Source: Schmidtea nova (Eukaryota). Taken from it: DNA of 64,000 bases. The notes below the pieces were generated by a model. That model was not told the origin of the DNA, searched no databases, and saw only the letters and a list, made by a program, of their open reading frames with translations. Shown here piece after piece: positions 50,153 to 61,399 of the stretch (position 1 is its first letter; every line of letters begins with the position of its first letter). The stretch spans positions 363,320,001 through 363,384,000 of the forward strand of contig CM097882.1 of NCBI GenBank assembly GCA_044892505.1, written 5' to 3'. The translations under genes and the position numbers were made by a program.

Positions 50153-50810
50153 ATGTGTCTTAAAGCAACGTTAGTGAAATATGGTAAAGTTTCAAATTTT
50201 TTCATTTTTCATTTTTATACAATTTATTTTTAGATAAATTGATGGCCGTACTGTTCGGCAAAATGGAGGAGATGTTTCCAAGCCTGATGTCAAAATTGAT
50301 ATATGCTGCTACAGAGATGCTCGTAATCAAAATACTATCAATCACCGGGATTGATATCAATAAAATATTGTTGGACCACCTGGCCAACTTGGACATGAAT
50401 CTTCCATACATGGCGGAACACATCATTTGTGCCTACCAATGCGGGCCGGGCACTGTACAGAAAAAATTGAAAAATACCGCATTTGGGTATTGAGAAAGGT
50501 TCTCAAAAATTTCGTGATGGAGTCTCGTAAAGAAAAAGAAGAAACCGAAGAGAAAGAAGAATGGCCAAACTGCATTCCCGATGAATCGATGGATTGCATC
50601 AAGCCAAATACTACAGATTCTCCGGCTCATTCTCCTTCAGAATGCTCAACTCTCGATGGGCCATATCTGCTGGAAGGCGATCAGTTGCAACATTGTGATC
50701 AATCGCCAGAATGCAATTAATCGCCAGAATGCAATCAATTTCCAGAATTCAATCAATTGCCAGAATCGCCAGAATCTCCCAATTGCGATGCATGTCATCG
50801 TAAAGTTGAT
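50153..50810 (+). CDS. Unknown spliced accessory gene (exon 50153-50183, 50-nt intron, ORF to 50493; possible frameshifted continuation to about 50810)
   Basis: TATG|GTAAAG..TTTAG|AT phase-1 intron joins in frame to ORF 50239-50493; an overlapping frame has an acidic/Pro region and 18-bp CAATCGCCAGAATGCAAT-type repeats. Confidence 0.45.
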
Positions 50811-51372
50811 GATGATATGGACATGGCAGAATAAATATTTTTATGTTATTATTATTATTTTAGTATTGTAAATGTTGTCATTTTTATATATATTGTCATT
50901 TTTTTTGTTATTATTTAATAAATGTATATTAATATATGTCTTCGTTTTTATTTTATATGGTAAAATAAGATATACAAGTAAATAAATTTTAATTAAATTT
51001 TTATGCAATTAAGTATTTAAGTTATAAAGTATTTTTAAGTAAAATAAGATATTAAATTAAATTTGTATATAAGTTTTAAAGTAAATAAGTCCACAAGTTT
51101 TAAAGTAATTAAGTCTTAAAGTAAATATGTTTCTGAGCTATGTTTTAAATTATTTACATAACTAAAATATGATAAAAAACACGATAAATAAAAATGATAA
51201 ATTAATAAATAAATTAATTAAACACATATGCATACAACAAAGAAACTTATGTAACAAAGACATACATGTATGCATGCACGTTACAAAGATATGCTTATCA
51301 TGTGCAGTTTGAATACATTACTCACCACTATAAATACAAATACATGTTTTAGATATTGTCACAATTTCAAAA

Positions 51373-51789
51373 ATGCCAGCACGTAAATCAACTTATGATA
51401 TCAGTGAAGAAAGTAAAATCAATAATGAAGTCAAACCAGTTCAAATGTATTACGATTACAAAATTAAATTCTTGGTACATGAAATACCGTTTCGATTGTC
51501 GTATCCAGTGAAATTAACAAAGTCATTGTATGACAATTTAGCTGCAAATCAAAGTAAAAGAGATGATGTTGCACTAAATAAAATTTTATTTAAAATCAAT
51601 AACAATTTAAGTTGCAACGAAACTATATGAATCAATAACCGAAAAACACGTTTCCATGATGCTCTCCAATCTATCGAATACAAGGATCAAGAAAATTGGT
51701 TTATTACCAAAATCATTCAGGCATATAAAATCGATACAAAGGATGTTATAACTCCAATTTGGAGAATTGACAGTGCGCGATATGCATAA
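51373..51789 (+). pseudogene. Homolog of the 53801-54244 protein (putative SSB-like), one in-frame stop
   Basis: PVQMYYDY..LSCNETI*INN..FHDA.QS.EY..ENWFI..QAYKID..PIWRI.SAR; TATAAATA upstream. Confidence 0.75.
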
Positions 51790-53800
51790 ATGTTATTTTA
51801 TAAAGGTTATTTAATAAATGTTAGTAATATACATATTAGTTTTTGATTGTTCTATTTTTTATAAGGTTTTTATAAAATTTTCATAAGTTATATAAGTTNN
51901 NNNNNNNNNNNNNNNNNNNNNNNNNNNNNNNNNNNNNNNNNNNNNNNNNNNNNNNNNNNNNNNNNNNNNNNNNNNNNNNNNNNNNNNNNNNNNNNNNNNN
52001 NNNNNNNNNNNNNNNNNNNNNNNNNNNNNNNNNNNNNNNNNNNNNNCAATAAGAAACTTTGCGATTTCTTAGGAATTAAGTGTAGACAATAGATTTCATT
52101 CTAAATCTTGTTTTAAAGAAACCGGATTTTCGAGGCTAAAGGGAATTCTAATTGATTACTGATTGTTTTTCATAAAATTTACTTTAAAATTAAAAACTTC
52201 TTGATGATTTTCTTAATTTGAGCACTTGGATATTTTCGTCAAAAGCTGAAATTTTGTTATCTGTTTTAATTAAAAATTTCAAAATTATTTAATAACTGAT
52301 AATGTTGCATTCATTTTTTAAAAAAAATAAAATTTAATATATAAATAAGTCTATATCATTTTTTTGAATTTCAACTTGAACTTCGTTGATAATTAATATG
52401 AATTAATAATTTAATTAATAATTTTTAATATTTGAAAAAATTATTTCATTTAATTATACTGAATATTTTGCATTCTTTTTGTTTAAACATATTTTTAAAT
52501 ATTTATCATTTCAATGTTATTTTTTTATAATTATNNNNNNNNNNNNNNNNNNNNNNNNNNNNNNNNNNNNNNNNNNNNNNNNNNNNNNNNNNNNNNNNNN
52601 NNNNNNNNNNNNNNNNNNNNNNNNNNNNNNNNNNNNNNNNNNNNNNNNNNNNNNNNNNNNNNNNNNNNNNNNNNNNNNNNNNNNNNNNNNNNNNNNNNNN
52701 NNNNNNNNNNNNNNNNNNNNNNNNNNNNNNNNNNNNNNNNNNNNNNNNNNNNNNNNNNNNNNNNNNNNNNNNNNNNNNNNNNNNNNNNNNNNNNNNNNNN
52801 NNNNNNNNNNNNNNNNNNNNNNNNNNNNNNNNNNNNNNNNNNNNNNNNNNNNNNNNNNNNNNNNNNNNNNNNNNNNNNNNNNNNNNNNNNNNNNNNNNNN
52901 NNNNNNNNNNNNNNNNNNNNNNNNNNNNNNNNNNNNNNNNNNNNNNNNNNNNNNNNNNNNNNNNNNNNNNNNNNNNNNNNNTAATTGCTCTTAAAGAGAA
53001 AATAATAAAAAAAATTAATCAATGCTCCCTGAGAGCAGTAAATTAATAATAACAATAATAAATTGATATTCAATTATTAACATAAATAAATTCACAAAAA
53101 ATTGACAATAACAACATTCCACAAATTAAATCAGATTTCTACATAATTTTCACAAAATAAATGTAATAAAATAATAATTAAGTTATCAAAATAAATATCA
53201 AAATCTTATTTTTCATTTTTTACATCAGATAAAGATCGTTATGGTTAAATATTCCCATAAGTTAAACAAATGAATAAAAACAAAAAAAATAAAATATACA
53301 ATTATTGTAATTTAACACAGAAAAAATTTCTTAATCGATACACAGACATCAACCCTTGATGTATAAGGATCAACCCTTAGTAGGCAGTTATGTGCCCTCT
53401 GACTCATCGTTATTACGTAATTATTACGTAATTTATTACATAACAAAGGAATATTAGGTAATCGATGCCCCCCCACCCCCACCCCCCCCTTTTTTTTTTA
53501 CACACAGACGATGAGTCATAAAAATTTAAATTTGAATTTTCAAAGGTCAAATAAGGTCAAACCTTCAAACAAGGGTATCATTCGAAAGGTCTTGGAGAGG
53601 TCTATCCAATGGTCATACCTTCGAAGGTGTATGGAGGGTCCTTAACCTTGAAAGGGTCAAAAACCTTTTCAAAAATTCAAAAACATAAAAAACATAAAAT
53701 TTTAAAAACATTTTTTTTTTTTTCAAAAACACAAAGTGAGAATTAATCAACATTTATTAATAAATACACATATATATATATGACAACAATGTTATTCCAA

Positions 53801-54244
53801 CTATGCAATTCTTGCGCTTTTTATCTTCCAAATTGGAGACATTGATTCTTTTTGATCGATTTTATATCCTTGGATGGATATATCAATAAACCAATTTTCA
53901 TTATCCGTATATTCAACTGATTGAAATGCATCATGAAATTCAGTGTTCCTGTTGTTGATGAATATAGTTTCATTGCAAGATAATTTCTTGTTGATTTTCG
54001 TCAACACTTTATTGATTGCAACAACATCTTCTTTATAAATCTGACCAATCAAGTTGGAATATTGCGAAGTCGAAAGCTTTACCGGATTTGGGACCTTGAA
54101 AGAGATTTCGTTTACCAAGAAAAACATTTGGTAATCGTGAAACATCTGAACCGGTCGTAAATCAAATTTGTTTTGAGTTGATTTGTTATCGTTCCTAACT
54201 GGTTTCATTTTAATTGGACTCAATTTACTGAAAAGATTTTGCAT
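53801..54244 (-). CDS. Conserved 147-aa accessory protein, possibly an OB-fold ssDNA-binding protein
   Basis: Intact ORF with CCAAT and TATAAATA upstream and a homolog at 51373; the SSB call is inference from the C-terminal FIDISIQGYK..SPIWKI pattern. Confidence 0.7.
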   Translation of the reverse strand: MQNLFSKLSPIKMKPVRNDNKSTQNKFDLRPVQMFHDYQMFFLVNEISFKVPNPVKLSTSQYSNLIGQIYKEDVVAINKVLTKINKKLSCNETIFINNRNTEFHDAFQSVEYTDNENWFIDISIQGYKIDQKESMSPIWKIKSARIA

Positions 54245-54301
54245 TTTATGAACAATTCTATTTTTGTTTTCTTATTTATACTCGTCATCGTCTGTGTGCA
54301 G

Positions 54302-54313
54302 CCAATCAGATTC
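54302..54313 (-). promoter_or_regulatory. CCAAT-box motif CCAATCAGATTC
   Basis: 58 bp upstream of ATG 54244, followed on the sense strand by TATAAATA. Confidence 0.6.
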
Positions 54314-54471
54314 TTGCACATGTCTTGTAAATCAATTGCACATGTCTTGCTAATCAATTGGCTATGTATTAATAATTGACTTTGTATACATGTTGATGAT
54401 TATCTACTGCAATTTCTTTCTATATATGTTGTAAGTTATTTACATATCTATCGCAATTTTATTGTCTATCC

Positions 54472-54513
<42 letters not shown>

Positions 54514-54700
54514 TACTAAAATTATTTTCTATTATAATTTTCAATAAATATTCAACATCAACATTTTATAAAAATTAATTTTAACTACAAAACATCTTTC
54601 ATAACTCGTTTTAAGAAAATAAATACTTTATAAAATTTTGTACACAGATATCTTGCATGTGTGTGTGTGTGTGTGTTTGATACAAATAAAAGTACGCATT

Positions 54701-54723
54701 GAACGCGCGTGAAACGCGCGTTC
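54701..54723. other. Perfect GC-rich hairpin, 10-bp stem with GAA triloop
   Basis: GAACGCGCGT-GAA-ACGCGCGTTC. Confidence 0.75.
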
Positions 54724-55427
54724 TTCTTCCCTTGTTGTTTAAGACAAATAACAAAAATTATAAAAATTCCAACAATCAAAAACTAAAATTTAAATTAATA
54801 ACATTTGTAAAATAACATTTATGTATATCGTGCGCTGTCAATAATAATAATAATTTATAATAATAAAGATGTTATTAATAATAAAAACTAAGACAAAATA
54901 ATTAAAACTGAGAATAAGTTATAACTTATATTCAAATATTTTACAAATACAAATATTAACACAAAATTTATTCACAATTTGCATTGATTAATATGTGGAT
55001 TGATTGATTGATTGAAATGTGGATTGAGCTTCTAAATAATTTTACGAATTGTGTATGTTGTAAGGTTTCTGTTTTATTGATTACTGTTTTGATTTCTGTT
55101 TTATTGATTGAATGATTGTTTGATNNNNNNNNNNNNNNNNNNNNNNNNNNNNNNNNNNNNNNNNNNNNNNNNNNNNNNNNNNNNNNNNNNNNNNNNNNNN
55201 NNNNNNNNNNNNNNNNNNNNNNNNNNNNNNNNNNNNNNNNNNNNNNNNNNNNNNNNNNNNNNNNNNNNNNNNNNNNNNNNNNNNNNNNNNNNNNNNNNNN
55301 NNNNNNNNNNNNNNNNNNNNNNNNNGTTGACGGCTCATTTTGCAATTGTCTTGCTCGCCGTTCCAGGTATTCGGTTATTCTCCTGGACTCTTGGTCTGGA
55401 TCAATCGGAGGATCATCTATAAAAGTG

Positions 55428-58400
55428 TCACCCCCCCCGATAGTGCCCATATGCCAAAGATTTATTTTTAGCAACCCAGTTGCGTTTGTCATCGTTACAT
55501 GTCAGTGCTGTTTTGTGATTATTTATGCTGTATAGTTGATGATTTTTGCTGATGATCCTAAACTGTGGGACTGTATATATTTTATTATTCTTATAACAGT
55601 CAAAGTAATTCGCATGATGAAGCCCCGCATCTTTCAATATTATTCCCTTTGCTTTTATACATTCCTCATCACCCAGCAAGCTATAACATTTTGGTCGTAA
55701 AAATACCCACTCATCGTATTTGAGTCCTTTATTCTCGTCTTTGAATTTTCCAATGACAGAATCAAGGCTCCTCGAATACAATGGATGATTAGGGTCATAA
55801 TTGGATGTATCTAATAATTCATCCCTAATCATCGCGGGCAAAAGAATATTAAGTTTGCAGTTTTTGATTTCCAAAAAGAAGGAATCAGTGTCTCCAGCTA
55901 CAATATTTATTACACAGTTAAATTGTTCGCGATATTTTTGCAGCTCATTATATTGTAGCTGGTACATTCTCAGTTTAGATAGATCTAGTACAGTCTGACC
56001 GATGTAACTAGGTCTATCTATACACACTGATTGCTTCCTTAGCAAGACTGAAATCAAATTATGATCAATTTTGGTAGTACTACGGAAATATGGACTACTA
56101 CAATATGTCATTAATTTTGTTGTAGAATTGCACAAACGCAAATTAATGCGTTTCTTTAAATTTTCAACAGTCTTGCCGTAAAGACTGTTGTTTAATAATT
56201 TATAAAAGTCTTTATCTATCTTTGTGGTGGATGAAGCTCTTAAATTTGTGTTGGTGTCCACATAATCTTTGAACAATTTACTTTGTGAGAAACGAATTGC
56301 TCTGTGTGTTTTTGTGACTATAACACCTAATTGTAAAAATATTTGTAAAAGTCTCCAATGGAGAACATAATTTGTTTTTGAATAATGTGTTAACATCAAT
56401 TTTTCAACCTTTGAGCCAGGAGCACACATCTTTTCAGCGGCTAGTGGAAGATCATCCACGTAGTCGTGAATAGATGCCGGTATTTCTAAGTCTACTTCTA
56501 TGGTATAACCATAGCTAAGCAGACTTAGATCTACCGTAGTGCATTCAATTAATATATTATTTAATAATTGGTCATCCGTGACCCAAACAAAGTCTCCGTC
56601 CGGTAAATTTTGAGATAAAGCCCAGCCATACAGGTTGTTGATATCTATATACAACAGCTCTGTATCTGAACTTGATTGAACAAAATGTTTATTTACGAAA
56701 GTTAACCCTCCTCTGATACCACCCTCAAAGAAGTTATACATCTCCATGTCAGTTAACAGTGTAATGGGATGTTCCAAAGTCATAAGAGCCGAACTCCAAC
56801 TCATACCTGGAATTCCCAGAAAATTTAGTGGCTCGAGTTTATTGTGTGCGATACTCCTAGCACGAAATTGTTGGAAATAATCTGCCAAAAGAAATACGTC
56901 GAGTTTCAAATAGACCATCATGTAATCGAAAAGCGAATTACAATTGGTCTCTCTCCATATTCTTTTAGCCATTTCATATTCAGAATCGGTCACACCACTC
57001 CAAATTGGTGGTAATTCAGAAGTTGACCTCAAAACTTGCAACGATGTAGCAGCATCATATGGGAAAACTCCCTTAGATGTTATTATTGAACCCGTGAATT
57101 CAGATGAAGTCAAAGGAAATGATATTAATGTTTTCACAGCTGTATCGAGAGATTTATTGACAAACTGATAAGAATCAATGAATTTTACAGTCAGTGAACC
57201 AATTCTCGCGTAAAGACTGAGAAATTTCTCACTAGTTACTGGGACACAGCTTATATTCCATTTCTCATATTTAGACAAGCCAAATTTGAGGATATGATGG
57301 AGATCATACCCTCTCAAATTGTGAAACACAACTGGCAGATTGTGACGAATTTGTCGCGAAAGATTGCATTTTGAGCAAGCTGCTCCAAGATACTTCCCGT
57401 TATAATGATCATGATCCATAACAGGTTTCTCAATTAATTTTTTACATAAATAGCAATGAGTGGAGGTACAAAAATTTTCAATGACCTCGTCGGTTAAAAT
57501 AATAGGTTTATTAAAATTATTATAGTAAAAAGGTGTTACAATATTTTTACTAATTTTCTCAATTTCATGGAGAAATTGATCTACACATTCCGATCCGTAA
57601 AAAGATTTATAAAATTTATCTCCAGTGAGATTATTAATACACAAAAGCCCAGCTGAAATGGGTAAGTGTTTCTGAAAATATTTGGCGTCCTTAGGTAAGA
57701 TTGCTTCGAAATCAGCATAGATTACAAAGGGAGGAGTGACAGTTTTCTTCCAGTCATCAAATTCGAGAAGGGGATTTTCGGGTAAGGTATACAAGGTTGT
57801 ACCTAATTGGTTTTTATCGCAAAGACTACGATGACGAAGAAAAGTATCATTATTTCGAAAGCCGTTAAGACATCTAGGACACCATTTACAAGAAATTCTC
57901 ACTTGGGTAATTGAAGCATTTTTACAATTTAAAAATTTGTTTATATCATTTATACCAGTGTAATGAAATTTATCTTTCTTTTCCAATAATAATAAATTTA
58001 TAGGTGTGGGAGAAACAATCTTACTTTTATAAATTATATCGATGAATGGATGTTTCAACACCTCGTCTTTATTTGTTAAATCAATTAATGCTTTTTCATT
58101 ATACGACAAAACATTAATTGATAACCCAGGATTTTGCAGTTCAAATTTAGCAATGTTCTGAAGTTTCAAGGGCATATCTTGTGGGTCAAAACGAAGAGAA
58201 GAAAGATTATAAGAAGAAGGTTGATTGCGTAAATCATCATCATCAATTTCGTCATATTTTAAGACTGATAAAACACTATATAGGAAACATAGTTCATCGG
58301 TGTTAATAACATTAACTATGCAGTTTTTACGTTTAAGTGAAGTCGGCGTATCAATAAATTGTCGGCCGCTTAATCGTGAAATTTGTGAAAATTTAGTTAA

Positions 58401-58873
58401 TACAAAACTAATATATTCAATTTTGTTAATTACCCAATTTGAACCCTTTTCATTCATTTGGGTTATTTTTTCATTAAGAAGTGTAATACCTTCATCAATG
58501 AAAGTATTACTCCAAAGCCGGGCAGAATTTGAGATGACGAATGATTGATATTCATTATCCTTCTCAAATTCTACCTTTATACAAAATTGAATTTTAACTG
58601 ATTGCATTTTTATAACAACATCATTTAATTTATTTAAAAGGATAGTCGGAACAGATAAAGATTTAAAGTTGAAACGCGAGACATCCATCTTTATAATTAT
58701 ATGCGATTTATTTAAATCAGATTCAATCTCTACAAGACCAGATCCAACCTGATTAATACAAGGTATTATTTCTTCATCAGACGAAATGACAATTTCCTCA
58801 TCACTGATGACAATAACTTCTTCGTCATCACTGATTTCAACTATTTCAATTAATTTGTTGGGAACGCAGTCCA

Positions 58874-58940
<67 letters not shown>

Positions 58941-58969
58941 TAATAATTTGGGAACGCAGTCCACATTAA

Positions 58970-59000
<31 letters not shown>

Positions 59001-59533
59001 TAATAATTTGGGAACGCAGTCCACATTAATATTATTATTATTATTATTATTATTTAATAATTTGGGAACGCAGTCCACATTAATATTATTATTATTATTA
59101 TTACTTAATAATTTGGGAACGCAGTCCACATTATCGGTCATTGTTTCCTTATTGTTTGTGGTTATAATTAATTTTGTGGGAACACAATCCACATTATCAT
59201 TTAGTTTTCTTTTATTTATTTTGATGGGATCGCAGTCCACATTAGTTTTTGATGAAATATATTCTTTTGGTAAATTTTGTTGTATATTAGTTTGTAAAAC
59301 ATTTTTTGTGATATTAATTGAGTTAAAAAGATTCTTTTTTGATGGTTTAAATTGAGATAGATGATTTTTATGATTATTGTAAAATTCTGTATAACCTATT
59401 GATTCTTCAGTTTTACATGTGGGACATATTAGGTGGGTGACACTGTTATATTTTAGCGAATAGTACTTTTCCATAACTACATGACAGTTATTATTATGAA
59501 AAGTACTATTGCAATATGCAGTATAAAGACGGC
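55428..59533 (-). CDS. Protein-primed DNA polymerase B (pPolB) with endonuclease VII-like insert, intact; 5' exon(s) upstream of the acceptor at 59534
   Basis: 1373-codon open frame: VIYADFE, HCYLC..DHDH..CSKCN, FHNLRGYD, KGVFPY, YLKLDV, DINNLYGWAL, KLLNNSLYGK, AGDTDS, FLRPKCY, KAKG. Confidence 0.96.
58850..59250 (-). repeat. Coding repeat in pPolB: NVDCVP-type units separated by poly-Asn (AAT)n
   Basis: Six NVDC(V/D)P units with Asn runs lengthening toward the C-terminal side. Confidence 0.9.
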
Positions 59534-60123
59534 CTGAATTAAAATACAATAATAAAAATATTTATCAAAATATTTTAAAATAACAATTATTTTATTCTAT
59601 TACTAAACTAATATTGAATTNNNNNNNNNNNNNNNNNNNNNNNNNNNNNNNNNNNNNNNNNNNNNNNNNNNNNNNNNNNNNNNNNNNNNNNNNNNNNNNN
59701 NNNNNNNNNNNNNNNNNNNNNNNNNNNNNNNNNNNNNNNNNNNNNNNNNNNNNNNNNNNNNNNNNNNNNNNNNNNNNNNNNNNNNNNNNNNNNNNNNNNN
59801 NNNNNNNNNNNNNNNNNNNNNNNNNNNNNNNNNNNNNNNNNNNNNNNNNNNNNNNNNNNNNNNNNNNNNNNNNNNNNNNNNNNNNNNNNNNNNNNNNNNN
59901 NNNNNNNNNNNNNNNNNNNNNNNNNNNNNNNNNNNNNNNNNNNNNNNNNNNNNNNNNNNNNNNNNNNNNNNNNNNNNNNNNNNNNNNNNNNNNNNNNNNN
60001 NNNNNNNNNNNNNNNNNNNNNNNNNNNNNNTTACTAATAAGATATCTTAAATTTAAATTATAAAAACATTAACACTTAATAAAAACTTAAAATTTAATAA
60101 AAATTTATATAAATAAATAAAAA

Positions 60124-60592
60124 TTACTTACATTTTTGTCTACCATTAAATCGCTCATCAAACACATCATTGATTTCTGCTCCATTTTCATATTTATTTT
60201 CTACATTTTCTTGCTTATTTACAAGATTATTTTCTTCATTTTGGTGATTATTTTCTGCTATAAAATTAATTGTAAATTAATAAAGAAAATATCAAATATG
60301 AAATTATTACCATCTATATCCACATTTAGTTTCTCATTTCGACTTGCAGCATAGAACTGATTTGAGAATTCGACATTTCTAACTAAATTGTAAATAATAA
60401 TAATTTATTATTTTTAATAATTTAAAATTTTTTACCATTTGCATTTTTATTTTCGATCATAGGGACGTTGACGACATTCATTGTAGAATTAAAGTTAACT
60501 GAAAAATTATATATTAATCTAATTAATAAAATAGATTAAAAATTACCATTTTTCTTCATCATATTTTTGATATCTCTTGAAAGGTTCTCCAT
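60124..60592 (-). CDS. Four-exon Asn-rich micro-exon unit, copy C (60547-60592, 60436-60498, 60311-60382, and 60257 to either 60124 or 60132)
   Basis: Three phase-1 GT-AG introns of 48, 53 and 53 nt; continuous frame MENLSRDIK..FNGRQK; ends at TAA 60124 or at a T|GTAAGT donor at 60132. Confidence 0.7.
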
Positions 60593-60719
60593 TTTTCTTT
60601 GTAAAATAATAATTTTAAAATGTTTTTAAATGATTTGTTTTAATTGTGATGAAATAATGAAAACATATAGTATATATATCACGTTTATTACAAACTTTAT
60701 TACAAACTTTATTCAAGAG

Positions 60720-60731
60720 CCAATCAGATTC
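60720..60731 (-). promoter_or_regulatory. CCAAT-box motif CCAATCAGATTC
   Basis: 128 bp upstream of ATG 60592, with TATATATA in between. Confidence 0.6.
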
Positions 60732-60891
60732 GATATAGGGTAGAAAAAGTATGTTACGCTCACACACATAGTATTTGTATTAACATACACACACATGTTA
60801 TACACTATGTAACGTTATATATATATTATTTACTAACACATGATTAATCATGCACGATGAATGCAAGGGTCATGCACGATAACTGCAGGGG

Positions 60892-61368
60892 TCATGCATC
60901 TTTTATTGCAAAACAATTATTTTTAATTAAAAAAAAAAAAAAAAAAATTAAAATTTTCAAATAATCTAATACCCCCACCAAGCAACCTTTATAAGCACAG
61001 TTTGTGTGATCCCGATATGGACATGAGATATTTTCTGGAAAAACTTCTACTTCCTTAACATTATACTTAATTAATTTTAGGGACGGAAAATATCTTTTTA
61101 AAACAGTAAGTTTATCTTGATCAGTGACATAGAAAATCGCATCAACATCTTCAATTTCTTTCAAAATACATGTTGGACAAAAGTGGTCTTCCCCTTCATA
61201 CCATTCTAATCTGTCATGTTCACCAATTCCAGCCCAAAAAGGAACATCATTATATATCCAATATCTTGGTCGAAAAATATTATTAACATTCATAATACAT
61301 AATTCTTTAATAATAATCCCTCCGCAATTATCATTATAACCATAAATATCAATAAAATAACAAGTCAT
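60892..61368 (-). CDS. Maelstrom/DEDD-like nuclease-fold accessory protein, copy C
   Basis: Open ORF; FIDIYGY..IIKEL..LEW..G..IFYV..DK..C-x3-H-x2-C; C-terminus probably extended through a T-run compared with copy A. Confidence 0.7.
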   Translation of the reverse strand: MTCYFIDIYGYNDNCGGIIIKELCIMNVNNIFRPRYWIYNDVPFWAGIGEHDRLEWYEGEDHFCPTCILKEIEDVDAIFYVTDQDKLTVLKRYFPSLKLIKYNVKEVEVFPENISCPYRDHTNCAYKGCLVGVLDYLKILIFFFFFLIKNNCFAIKDA

Positions 61369-61399
61369 TTTTCTAATAATATTTATTAAACTAAATTGT

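Noticed and set aside
58786-59355. 189-aa poly-Leu membrane protein on the plus strand
   Set aside because: Antisense shadow of the (AAT)n repeats in pPolB; the same holds for 42918-43391, 45862-46068, 55801-55998, 56944-57168 and 58225-58548
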